From assembly GCF_009914755.1 (NCBI RefSeq), contig NC_060931.1: a stretch of 64,000 nucleotides of DNA; one strand, written 5' to 3'. Within the stretch, counting starts at the first letter, position 1; every line of letters starts with the position of its first letter. The notes under the pieces were generated by a model that worked only from the letters and a program-made list of their open reading frames with translations, did no database searches and had not been told where the DNA came from. Shown one piece after another: positions 47,373 through 64,000 of the stretch. The translations under genes were made by a program, and so were the position numbers. This stretch comes from the human T2T-CHM13v2.0 reference genome, Homo sapiens.

Positions 47373-50049
47373 CATATGTAGAATATTTGGTGGAGAACAA
47401 AATACAATTTGATGTGAAGTCACAAGAGCTGACTACAATTGGGAAGCTGATATAAGAGGCGCCCTCCATGTTCAGAACCCAGAGTACCACTTGCTGCTAT
47501 TTAAGAGTTTCATAATTGGTTTGAAACAGATAGCTAAAGTGATATTACTCTATCATACGTTCTAACTAGACTTAAATTATTTTTAGTTCTCTGTGTGAAC
47601 ATTGATACTTATGCCACGAGATACATGCATTTAGATTTCCATTTCTACACTGAGATCTCAATTAATTGCCCAAGAGCTTGTTACGGAGTTGTGAACCACC
47701 CAAATGAAAAAATGGACCCTTCATAATAATTAGCACTTATTCACATGGTTTTATGCCAGGTACTTTTGAAATATTATCTCACTTAATTCTCAAATCAAGC
47801 TACTAAGCAAGCAAGCAACCAACCAACCTTCTATGGGCTGGAGGGAGCAGAAAAATTCAAATTAGCCCTGAAAAATATAATTCTAATTCATATATATATT
47901 TTTTCCATTGAGAACTGATCAATCAATAAATAATGTAGAATGAACACCACCGGTACCAAGATATCAAGTTAATCTTTGCATGATTATTTAGCTTGAGCTC
48001 TCCCATGCCACTGACTGTACCCCTTAATTTGGGTTAGACAGATACCTTTAACACTGTATGGGTGACTGTTCAAGAACAACTTCAGTCCACTTCATGATGC
48101 TTCCTCTGTCCATGTATTTTAATTCCTTGAGCGTATTTTCTAGTTTTCTGTTCTTGGTTCCTGCCTTAAACTATGGCTCTTGTCATTTCTTCCATTCAAT
48201 TTCTTGCATTTTCTAGTAATCTTTGGAAATCTTTCAGTGATACTCCCTCAAACCTGCCTGAATTCATCATTATATTGCTACTTGTGGAGGCTGGCCCCTC
48301 CTGCATTGTCCCTGTACAATCTTGCATTGTTCTTTGGTGTGATGCTGCATAGTCATTTTACAAATGTGGACCACTTGTCACCAAAGTTTGGGGTACAAAT
48401 ACATGAATGGGAACCCTAAAATTCATCACCATTTCTACAAAAACAATTCCACTGGCCTGTCCTGACAGAAAATCCTTATTTTCTTATCACCTTTATTTTC
48501 CAAGGATATCACATTATTAATGTAACTGGTTTGATTGAACTGTCTGTAGTCACTGAGAGACAATGTGCAATTGATTTATTTTTCCAATAACTGCTACCAG
48601 CTGTGCTGTTGACTCCTGCCCTTTTCCCACTGGGTAGCAGCCTAATCCCATTATTTTTTCAACATTTTAATCTATTAAAGTCTAGCACAATTAGCATTGC
48701 AATCTTCAATTAAAATCTCTCCCACTCTCATTGCATACTAGGCTGAAGGCTTGAGCTACTTAAGTGGAGAAAGGGCCTTATTCTTCCCTCTCTCCCCTCT
48801 GCAGCCGCCCTCTCTCTTTCTTTATCCCTCCAGTCATCTAAGGAAGTGCTGGTAGCAGGGTATGTATGAGGGACAACATACCCTAGAGAGATCAAGAGTT
48901 GCTGGTGGCAAGTCTGCTCTCTTCTTTTTGCTGGCGTTCTCTGTATGGCAGATCTTAATCAAGTGCTTACTTTGTGCCAGGTCATGTTAGATGCTGGGGA
49001 TAGGGTAAGAAGACATCAAGGAAGACAAGATTTCTGACCTCAGAGAATTCAAATTCAGTGATATACTTGCTGTCTCTCGTGAGGATGATTTGGGTTACTT
49101 TTTTGGAAGATAGTAAATCTTTTTTGGAAGACCTCTCCATATTGGGAGATACAGATGAGGCTGGCCTCCTCCTCTTTCACTCAGCACCCCTTCCCCACTA
49201 TGGATATTCCAAACTACAGCCTCTTCAGTAGGGGTCACTTTAGTTAGCAAATGCCCCAACAGGCTGAAGCCCCAAATCACCTTTTGTAGTGTCCACTCAA
49301 CCCATGGGAAATGGTGGGAGTGCTGGCTTCTCTAGAACTACCTCTCTTTTCTATCTTTTCTCAGTTCTTTTCTGCGATCCCTAGCTCATCTGGGTCTCTG
49401 CTGATTCAATGGCTCAGCTACTTTTAGACAAGAAGCAATCATAAGTCTCCCATGGAGTAGAGGGCAAGGATGGTTCAAGGATCCCCAATTATGAAGGAGG
49501 AGAACAGGGCATATATGATACCTTTTTCCCTCATGGAGAATGGGGTGGGATGGAGAGAAGGGATGGTTAATGCTTTTAAAAATTCTGTTATCCCAAGCTC
49601 CCAACAGTCACCACAAGGAGGTGGCTGGCCTCACTATTGGTGACTCTCTAAATAAAATGTGAGGAACTTAGTCTTTATCTTTGGCTGTGGCATGAGTCAT
49701 AATTTCCTAGACAACTGGAAGGATCTAGGCTGGGAACTTATATTATCATACCATGTGGAGAGAAAGAACAGAATAAAAACAGGGAACTAGATAAAGCTTG
49801 TGGATTATCTGTTAATTTTAATTACTCATTCTCACTCTAGAAAATGGAAAAGTGACTTCATTTTCATTTCTTCTTTAAGTCCTTATTAGCCAAATTGTAA
49901 AAAGGGTTACCGACTAATGTGTATAACATGTTTATTCTTAAAACCTAATATGCTAGGTTCTATTCTGACAGTATGTTTTGATCTTTTAGTTGTTATTGTT
50001 TATACAGGATAACTCACATTGTGAAGGCATGAAGGACACTGTGGAGGAA

Positions 50050-50320
50050 GATAATGTAGCAATGGTAGCAATGTTATTAAGAGCACGGGCTTTGGTGGAA
50101 TCAGGAGTCCTTGGTTTGCACCTTATGACTAATATCACTTATTAACTTAGAGATGTTAGACAAGTCATTTAACCTCTGCAAATCTCAGTTTCCTCCTCTG
50201 AGAATGGGAATTATGGTGGTGTCCATCTCATAAGGTTGTTGAGAAGATCATAGGGCTATGCAGGTAACCTTAGCACAGTGCCTGACACATGGTAAGTTTT
50301 CAATAAATGTTAGTTACATT
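50050..50320. mobile_element. MIR
   Basis: caagtcatttaacctctgcaaatctcagtttcctcctctg...ttagcacagtgcctgacacatggtaag. Confidence 0.85.
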
Positions 50321-50447
50321 AAAACTTATTCAATAGGAAACTTTCAAACTTACCTAAAACCTGACCATATAAAACTCTAATAATTGGGGTTATCTTCTTT
50401 ATTGAGAGTTAACATTGGAATTAATGTATGCATCTCTGAGTTTAGAG

Positions 50448-51715
50448 TAGGGGTTGGTAAACTGTGACCCATAGGTCAAATCCAGCCCAGTGCTTGTTTT
50501 TTTAAGTAACATTTTATTGGAACACAGCCATGTTTATTTATTTACATACAGTCTACAGCTTCTTTTGTACTATTACTGCAGTAGAGTTGAGTAGTTACAT
50601 GAGAGACTGCATGTTCCCAAAGTCCAAAATGTGAACTATTTGTCCCCTTATAGAAAAAGTTTGCCCAAAGGCAAAAATTGACAAATGGGATCTAATTAAA
50701 CATAAGAGCTTATGCACAGAGAAAGAAACTATCAACAGAGTAAACAACCTACAGAATGGGAGAAAATATTTGCAAACTGTGCATCTCATAAAGGTCTAAT
50801 ATCCAGCATCTATAAGGAACTTAACTTTACAAGAGAACAAACAACCCCATTAAAAAGTGGGCAAAGGACAAGAACAGACACTTTGCAAAAGAAGACACAC
50901 ATGTGCCCAACAAGCATATGAAAAAAAACCTCAACATCACTGATCATTAGAGAAATGCAAATCAAAACCACAAGGAGATGCCATCTCAAACCAGTCAGAA
51001 TGCCTATTACTAAAAAGTCAAAAGCCAACAGATGCTGGTGAGGTTGTGGAGAAAGGGAAAGCTTATACACTATTGGTGGAAGTGTAAATTAGTTCATCCA
51101 TTGTGGAAAGCGGTATGGCGATTCCTCAAAGAACTAAAAACAGAACTACCATTTGACCCAGCAATCCCATTACTGGGTATGTACTCAGAGGAATATAAGT
51201 CATCCTATAATAAAGACACATGCATGTGAATGGACATCGTAGCACTATTTACAATAGCAAAGACATGGAATCTACCTAAATGCCCATCATTGACAGATGT
51301 GATAAAGAAAATATGGTACCTACACACCGTGGAATACCATGCAGCCATAAAAAAGAATGAGATCATGTCTTTTGTGGGAACATAGATGGAGCTGGAGGCT
51401 ATTATCCTTAGCAAACTAATACAGGAACAGAAATCCAAATACTGCATGTTCTCACTTATAGTGGGAGCTAAATGATAAGAACTCATGAATACAAATAAGG
51501 GAACAACAGACACTGGTGTCCACTTGAGGGTGGAGGGTGGGAGGAGGGAGAGGAGCAGAAAAGATAACTATTGGGTACTGGGCTTAATTCTTGGGTGACA
51601 AAATAATCTATACAACAAACCCCCATGACACATCTTTACTTATGTAACAAACCTTCACATGTATGCCCAAACCTAAAATAAAAGATAAAAAAATAAAAAA
51701 TTTGCCAATCCCCAG
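50448..51715. mobile_element. MER58A-like element with an L1PA 3' end (about 50666-51700, plus strand) inserted near its terminus
   Basis: MER58: gggttggtaaact...ttattggaacacagccatg...aaagtttgcc. L1PA: aaaattgacaaatgggatctaattaaac through the 3' UTR. The MER58 end tttgccaatcccc resumes after the L1, with TSD-like aaaa(g/a)tttgcc. Confidence 0.85.
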
Positions 51716-51879
51716 TCTAGAACTTTAAATTTAGGAAAGGCAACTACTTATCTTGGCTGACTTGTGCACTAATAGACCTGTGGGTAGGGTGTATGTAGCT
51801 CACATGACTTTTTAAGAACCCTTCTCAGATTCATAAATCTATGATGAAAAATTTCGTGTGTTATTAAAATTATGTAATA

Positions 51880-52870
51880 TTCATGTGTTATTAAAGTTAT
51901 GTAATATTTAAAAATATTACAGAGTTGAGAATAATAAAACACCCATCTTTGCACTCACCAGCCAGAGTTTAATTAGGTTAATATTGTGAGAGATTTAATT
52001 CAAACTGTTTTGCATAAAAATGTCTTCAGGATAGAGTTGGAGCCCCTTGCATGCTTTCTGACTTTATTCCTCTCCTCACAAAGGTAACGGCTATTCTGTA
52101 ATTGATGAGTGTCTTTCTAGTTCCAGTTTTTATGATTTTCACTACATATGTACATATCCATAAGGAATATACATGTAGTATTTCAAGTTTTAAAACTTTA
52201 CATAAATAGCATTACATATGTGATTCTGCAACTTGTTTTTTGACTCAACATTATGTTGTTGCAATTTAGCAAATATAGAAGATATCTGTTCATATAGAGG
52301 ATACAGTTCATTTTCACTACTACATAATTCTCTATTATATAAAGTCTACAGTTTTTTTATTCTATTGATGTATATTTAGAATTTTCCCTCTAATATTTGC
52401 AATTAAAAATCATGCTGTAATAAACATTGCTGAAAATGTATCCTTGTGTACATTAGCAAAAACGAGATCTATATACATAGCAGTGGAGTTGCTGATTTGT
52501 AGAGTATATGTGCACCCTTAAATTTATTTGATGTTGCCAAATTATTTTTCAAAGTTGCTGCATCAATTTACACCAATTTCCAGTAGTGACCGTAGTAAGC
52601 TCCCAGTTCTCCACATCCTTGCCAATGTTTGGAGTTGCCAGACTTTAAACTTTTGCCAATTTGATGGATATAAAGTGCTATCTTACTGCTTTAATTTGCA
52701 TTTTCCTGATACGGAGTATGTTTTCAGATATTTATTAGCCATTTGAATTTCTTCATTCATAAATTCTTCCTTAAGTACTTTGCCAATTTTTTTCCCATTA
52801 GGTTGTCTTTCTTGTTTTTAATTCATGGAGTTTTTTTTATTATTTATATGTTCTGGATAGCATTCTTTAT
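51880..52870 (-). mobile_element. Old L1ME-like fragment
   Basis: Degenerate antisense L1 3' sequence (ccacatccttgccaatg, ttaatttgcattttcctgat). Confidence 0.6.
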
Positions 52871-54219
52871 CCCCGTTTTCAAATACAAATGATTTCCAAA
52901 GTCTTTGGTTACATACAGTGAATAATAATCAGCATTTCAGTTTAAGAACAATACCTACGCTTTATCTCTCTACTTCACTTGTAAAGTTTCATGAAATGTA
53001 TTAAGTATCAGTTCCTAACTCAAATATTTTAATTGTAATTTGCAGACAAAGGTTTTATTAGAAGTTAATCCTTAGATGTTTAAGAGGTCTTCTTTAGAAA
53101 ATGAAAAGCATTTTTCTCAAAGAATTATTCATATAAATCAAAGTTCAAATTTTTAACCATTTGACATTTTCTTTAATGAAATATTTAGGAAACAACTGAG
53201 TTATAAATGATTAACTTTTTTCCCTTAAATTATACATTTTACAATAGTGTTCTGTTTAATGCCCAATTGCCTATTCCAGCCTATTCAAAAATGAGTTTTG
53301 AGTATGCATTGAATTAAACAGGGAGCTTTTTAAAACCACTCTATTCCTTTTCAAATTTAGATATTCCCAACACAGATTTGAAAACAGTAATACATCACTA
53401 AAAAGATAAGGCTTTTACCTAATAGAAGAACTGTATAATGCCATGTGTTATTATCATGATCTATATAAAATTGTGTAAAATATGAGGTTCCCCAAACTCT
53501 TATTCCATAATTCACCTTGCTGCACCAAGAAACAATACCTTTGTTAGCATAGAAAGCTATGATATACTTCCTTGTGGTATTGTTTTAGCTGTTACCATGT
53601 TCTCTTGGACATTTCCAATGCATTTCTATTTTCCAATTTGCCTTTTCTCAGTGTAAGATTTATTGCCACTTGGGTACTTGGGAGACAAATGGAAAATTTA
53701 CATGTATTCATTTCATTCCAGGACACTTTAATGTGCCAATGATAATAGTGTGGTCAATTTAAAAGGAGTGGGAATTCCCACAAAGGAGTGGGAATAGAAA
53801 CAACTAACAGTTTAAAAAATGAGTCACTGATTCTTACACTCTTCTTACAGTGGATGACAATAATCCCTGTAATTTCCCATAGTATACATCTGAGTTGTTA
53901 TTTTCACTAGAGGCCTCTAATTCACCTTCATGTGGGAGCTCAGATATGAGACATACCTGTTTACAAAGAAGCCTGCTTGTTCAGTATGTCCCTCTAGGGC
54001 CTAACTATGAGCCTATGATATAGTACTTTGCGTTGCTTCCCACTGGTGCTCCTCTCAGAGTGTCCAATATCTACTATTCAGTGTCACCATCCCAACTCCT
54101 ACTTGACATGTCAGGAGGGCTGCTTTTTCCCCACAAAAGGATTTGAAGCACAATCTGAATCATACAACCCTGCATTCCAGGCTGAGTTATGCTTGTTCCA
54201 CATCCTCCTTGGGCCACTT

Positions 54220-54515
54220 CTTTTTTTCTTTTTGAGACAGGAACTCACTCTGTCACCCAGGCTGGAGTGCAGCTGTGTGAACATGCTCACTGCAGCCTTG
54301 ACCTCCTGGGCTCAAGTGATTCTCCCACCTCAGCCTCCCAAGTAGCTGGGACCACAGGCACATGCCACTGCACCCAGCTAACTTTTTAAATTTTTTGTAG
54401 AGATGGGGGCTCACTATGTTGATCAGGCTGGTCTCAAACTCCTGGGCTCAAGTGGTCCTTGTACCTCCGCCTCCCAAAGTGCTGGGACTAAAGGTGTGAG
54501 CTACTGCACCCAGCC
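54220..54515 (-). mobile_element. AluJ
   Basis: Reverse J-type Alu. Confidence 0.92.
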
Positions 54516-54594
54516 AAGGGCCACCTCTTTTTAAAACAAAGTTTGGGTATGATGTTAGATGTGTGCTTGCTATATGTCGGTTTCATTATTTTGA

Positions 54595-56390
54595 GGCATA
54601 CAGACTGGAAAGGAAGAAGTAAAATTGTCTCTGTTTGCAGATGACATAATCTTTTAAATAGAAAATACTAGAGAATTTACCAGAAAAACTGTCAGAACTA
54701 ATATGTGAATTCAGTAAAGTTGCAAGATACACAATTAACATATAAAAATCAGTTGCATTTCTATACATTAACAATGTTATATCTGAGAATAAATTTTTAA
54801 AAATTCCATTTACAATAGCATCAAAAAGATTAAAATACTTAGAAAAAAAAAGTAACCAAGGAGGTGAATGATCCATATACTGAAAACTATAAAACACTGA
54901 TGGAAGAAATTGAAAGAGACACAAATAAAGGAAATGATATCCTGTGTTCATGGATTGGAAGAACAAATATTGTTAAAATGTCCATACTGCCCAAATGATC
55001 AACAGATTTAATGTAATCCATATCAAAATTCCAATGGCATTTTTCACAAAAATAGAAAAAGAAAATCCTGGAATTTGCATAGAACCCTTTGACCTCAAAT
55101 TGCCAAAGCAATCTTAAGAATGAAGAGCAAGCTGGAGACATAACACTTCCTGATTTCAAATTATATTACAAGGTTATAGTAACTAAAACAATGTTACTGA
55201 AATAAAAATAGACTCACAGACCAATGAAACAGAGTAGAGAACCCAGAAATAAACTCATGCATATGGGGTCAACTAATCTTCAACAACATGAGTGATAAGA
55301 ATACACAATGAGGAAAGGATTGTCTCTTCAATAAATGGAGTTAGGAAAACTAAATTTTCACATGCAAAAGAATGAAATTGGACCCTTATCATACACCATA
55401 CACATAAATCAACTCAAAATGGATTAAAGACTTAATTATAAAACCTGAAAATTTAAAACTCCTAGAAGAAAATATAGGGAAGAAGCTCCTTGACATTGGT
55501 TTTGGCAATGATATTTTGGATATGACACTAAAAGCACAGGAAACAAAAACAAAAATAAATGGGACTGCATCAAACCAAAGAGCATTTGCACAGCAAAGGG
55601 AACCTTTGTACCACTGTTGATGGGAATATAAATCAGTACAGCCATGATGAAAAATGTAGTGGCCCCTCAGAAAATTAGAACTCTTATTGAACTAGCATAT
55701 GATCCAGTAATCCTATTTCTGGATATATATCGGAAGGAAATGAAATCAGAATCTTGAAGAAATCCGTGTATGCCCATGTTCATTGCACCATATTCACAAT
55801 AGCCAAGATACGAAAACAACCTAAGTATACATCAACAGGTGAATTTTTTAAAAAAATGGAATATATATATGAATGTAACTCAGACTTCAACCATCAGGAA
55901 ATCCTGCCATTTGAGACAATGTGAATGAACTTGGAGGACACTATGCTAAGTGAAATAAGCCAGACACAGAAAGACAAATATTGCATGATATCACTTATAT
56001 GTGGAACCTTAAAAAGTGAAACTTAGAGAAACAGAGTAAAATGATGGTTGTCAGGGGCTGGGGGTTGGGGAAAAGGGGAGATAATGGTGAAAGGGTACAA
56101 ACTTGCAGTTACAAGATGAATAAGTTCTAGAGATCTAATGTACAGCATGGTAACTATGGTTAATACTGTATTACATACTTGAAATTTGCTAAGAGAGTAG
56201 ATCTTACATGTTCTCACCACCACAAAAAAATTAATGGTAACTGTTGGATGATGGGTATGTGAATTAGTTTGATTGTGGAAATCATGCCCAAGGCACACTT
56301 ACGTCAAAATATCATAATGTACCCCTTAAATACATATGATGTTCTATTTGTCAGTCATACTTCAATAAAGCTGGAAAACATTTAAAAAAG
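54595..56390 (+). mobile_element. L1MA/MB 3' portion (ORF2 RT end to 3' UTR), degraded
   Basis: ggaagaagtaaaattgtctctgtttgcagatgacat (FADD region), followed by a 3' UTR ending in aataaagctgg. Confidence 0.9.
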
Positions 56391-57319
56391 AAAATTATCT
56401 TAAACTTCCCCCTTTCCCCCACAAAAAGACAGTCCCAGACCCAAGTGACATCCCACAGCACTGTTGGCTTCTGTCTCCGGTAGGACTCACACAATTTTGC
56501 AAGATAAGTAACCAAAGCAAAAGTCATCTTAGGCTCACCAAAAGGGCTACATAGATTAGTTACAGAAAACAAGGCAAGGCTAAGCACACTACCTAACAAT
56601 ATTACTTTTTACTTTTCATTAAGCAGTGGAAAGTCTTTTATAAATGAAATTTTACTTGAGAAAGGCAATAGATAATACATAAGAGCAGAACTGCTTTGTC
56701 TGAAACAGGGTTGCGGGTGTGAGGTGGTACGCAGCGTTCTGCTGATTTTACTTCCGTCTTATTTTCCTGCTTCCATACCTACCCGGGGGGATTCTCTGGA
56801 GTCCTGAGGATTATCTATAATCTTTTCCATATGATAAAAAGGCACTTGGGGGATAGGGCCATGTCTTCTGTCCTGTTCTATGAGACTCCTTCTTCTATCT
56901 GGAATTCCTCCTCTCTTTCCTCATATCTACCTGTTGAAGTCCCATTAAAATCCCATTTAAACTTCACCTCTTTTAGGGAATCTCCTCAAGACAAAATTGA
57001 TCTTTCCCACTGCAGATGATCAGTGCTTCTGTTACAGCTATAGGGATTGCATACCTTAGATATTCTGGGACAATCCCAATTTTTGATATTAGATCCCAAT
57101 ATGCTCTTACATTCATTTACTTCTCAGATCACATTTTAATTTTTGGTTTTGAAAATATGGTTGTGATAATTATAGTTCTCATTTGTAGTCAGCCTTGTTT
57201 CTGAGTTATTGATCTATACAGACATGAAGTATATATTTCCAAAGAGTAGGGATTGAGTCATTTTATCATAATTAATGATCCTTCCGACACTTCCCTCTCT
57301 TTTTCATCATCATCATACT

Positions 57320-57530
57320 TGCAACAATTTATTAATGCCCTAGAACACATGAGGTAGTGTTAGGCACTTATATTAATTACCTTGTTTAATTATTACAAAA
57401 ACTCTGCAAGGTAGGTATGCATTGACCTTTCTTTTGTGATGAGGAAGCTGAGGTTACCCGGCTAGTAAGTGACGAAGTTGGGCTCTGCCCAAACCCAGGC
57501 TCTTTCCCGTATACTACTCTGCCTCCCACA
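57320..57530. mobile_element. MIR
   Basis: gatgaggaagctgaggtt...gctagtaagtgacgaagttggg. Confidence 0.65.
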
Positions 57531-58061
57531 GTGCCTCACAGTGTCTGTCTGCATATTCTAGAAATGTTTATTCTGGTATGTAATGAATAAATACATGTTC
57601 AATTGCTCAGAATTGAAAGCATGGAAAAAGTACAGTGCACATGAATTTATCGAGGCTATGAATTGAAATATTTCCCTTTCATGCTTGCATGATTCAGAAA
57701 AGAACTTTATACTTGTATTTAGTGCCATTTTAACTCACTCTAGTAGTTGAAAAGCAAAGTGAATCCACTCGAATTTTCATTTTACTGGCAATGTGTAGGT
57801 AAGAAAACTGGCACTCCACAACACAACAAATACCTCTCCATGATTTGTGATATCTGAGCTACGGTGGATTACCTGAACACAGCCTGGGATCAGCTCTGCT
57901 CTGGTGGGGCCTCTCTTGGGCTTCTACAATACTCCTGGGAGGTGTAATTACTGGGGACCAAAACAAAACAAAGTGGCTGGCCATTACTAATGCCCCTGAT
58001 ATCTAGGGGCCCTGTTCCCTGGCTGTGCTTGTGAGGAATGGAGCAGGGGAGCAGCTCATGA

Positions 58062-58495
<434 letters not shown>

Positions 58496-58710
58496 ATGCC
58501 ATTTCACACTTTTAAGTCTTTCCTCATCCTGTTCTTCCCAGTGGAAGCTCCTCTCTGTCCATTTCTATCCTTAAAACCCTCCTCATGTTTCAAGAACCAG
58601 TTCTGACTACACCATGAAGCCTTCACGGATCCCTGCCTCTCATCTCCCACTCCCACCTCCTTTCAGATGAAGTGCTCCCTCATCAGCACTCCAATAGCAC
58701 ACTGTTTGCT
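58496..58710 (+). mobile_element. L2 fragment contiguous with arm A
   Basis: ctgttcttcccagtggaagc...ctcctcatgtttcaagaaccagttc...catgaagccttc matches L2 3' sequence. Confidence 0.7.
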
Positions 58711-58729
58711 ATATCTTTATTATGAAATA

Positions 58730-59565
58730 TATCAAAGTAGAAAAGAGATTATAGAATATATATATACAGCTTAAACAACAATAGTAAATAAATGCCCATG
58801 CAATCACTAACCGCCTTAACAAATAGAACAATGTGTCTCCTCCCTCCCACCTCCTTATCTCCCAGAAGTTACTCTTCTGAATTCTGTTTATCATTCCTTT
58901 GCTTTTCCTCATAGTTTATAATATATGGCTATATCCCTCAATAATATATTGCTTAGCTTCACATTTTTTAAACTTTATAGACATTGTTTATATTCCCTTG
59001 ATTTTTTTTAGCTCAACATTGTGAAATTTACTGGCGTTAACGTATATTACTATAGTGTATTCATTTTCACTGCTGAATAGTTTCCTGTTATATAAATACT
59101 AACTTAAGTAACCATTTTCTTGTTGATGGTCATTAGGGTCATTTCCAGTTTTTTACTGTTGAAAACATTGCTGTTACAGACATTCTTCTAAAGGTCTCCT
59201 GATACACATGTGCAAGATTTTCTCAAGTATATCCCTGAGAACAGATTTGATAGGTCCTGGGGTCTGAGCAACTTCAACTTTGCAAAATAATGCAAGGAAA
59301 TTTTCCAAAGTGTTTGTAGCATATTGTGTATTTCTATGTGCAGGATATGAGTCCTTGTTGCTTTATATCTTTGTCATCATTTGATATAAAATTGATATAC
59401 ATTTCTATTATTATGGTGGAAATGAAATACATAATAGTATATCATTATGGTTTTAATTTTCTTTCTAGTTAGTAATGAACATCTTTTCATATGTTTGAAT
59501 CATTCATTTTCCTCTTCTCTGATATGCGTGTTGCCTCTTCGCCACTTTTCTATTGTTATTGTTGT
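58730..59565 (-). mobile_element. Old L1ME-like fragment
   Basis: Degenerate antisense L1 3' UTR/ORF2 end. Confidence 0.6.
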
Positions 59566-59569
59566 ATTT

Positions 59570-62795
<3,226 letters not shown>

Positions 62796-62796
62796 G

Positions 62797-63087
62797 TCTC
62801 TCTCTCTCTCATTCTCTCTCTCTCTCTCTGTATGTGTGTGTGTGTGTATATACACACATATATGTGAGTGTATACACACACATATGTGAGTGTATATATG
62901 TGTGTATACACACACATATGTGAGTGTATATACGTGTGTGTGTATATATGTGTTTGTGTGTATATACACAATATATACTCAAAAGGATAATAACAGAGAA
63001 CTTCCCAAACCTAGAGGAAGATATCAATATATCTATATCTATATATATCAATATATGTAACATGATATATTATCAATATATACATCG
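62797..63087. repeat. (TC)/(TG)/(TA) compound simple repeat enclosing an L1 ORF1 fragment (about 62978-63030, plus strand)
   Basis: caaaaggataataacagagaacttcccaaacctagaggaagatatcaatat translates KRIITENFPNLEEDIN, an L1 ORF1p motif. Confidence 0.85.

Positions 63088-64000
<913 letters not shown>

Noticed and set aside
53762-53796. aaaggagtgggaat direct repeat with palindrome gtgggaattcccac
   Set aside because: Too short to assign a function. Likely a small slippage duplication.

Overview
This window is primate (human-like) intronic DNA from the 3' part of MAGI2 (S-SCAM/AIP1), transcribed on the minus strand. Two coding exons can be supported. One is a 139-nt exon encoding the end of the last PDZ domain (32842-32980). 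The other is an 89-nt frame-shifting cassette exon (19482-19570) that the ORF track misses. It encodes GMVPSSLSMCMKSDKHGSPYFYLLGHPKDT, the short C-terminal tail I recall from rodent S-SCAM/Magi2. The rest is intron filled with Alu (including young Yb8- and Ya5-type copies), L1, L2, MIR, LTR (MST, MLT1, MER21) and DNA-transposon relics (MADE1, MER1, MER5, MER58), plus microsatellites. The most unusual structure is a 4.6-kb segment (58496-63087) flanked by 391-bp inverted repeats that are about 98.7% identical. A split L2 element indicates this segment was inverted with a duplication at the breakpoint. There are also other short local copy-paste duplications (176 bp and about 95 bp) sitting in or next to simple repeats, and an older three-copy non-coding motif near the cassette exon. 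Nearly all ORFs in the supplied track are repeat-derived artefacts. Repeat family names and boundaries come from visual recognition of consensus sequences and are approximate.
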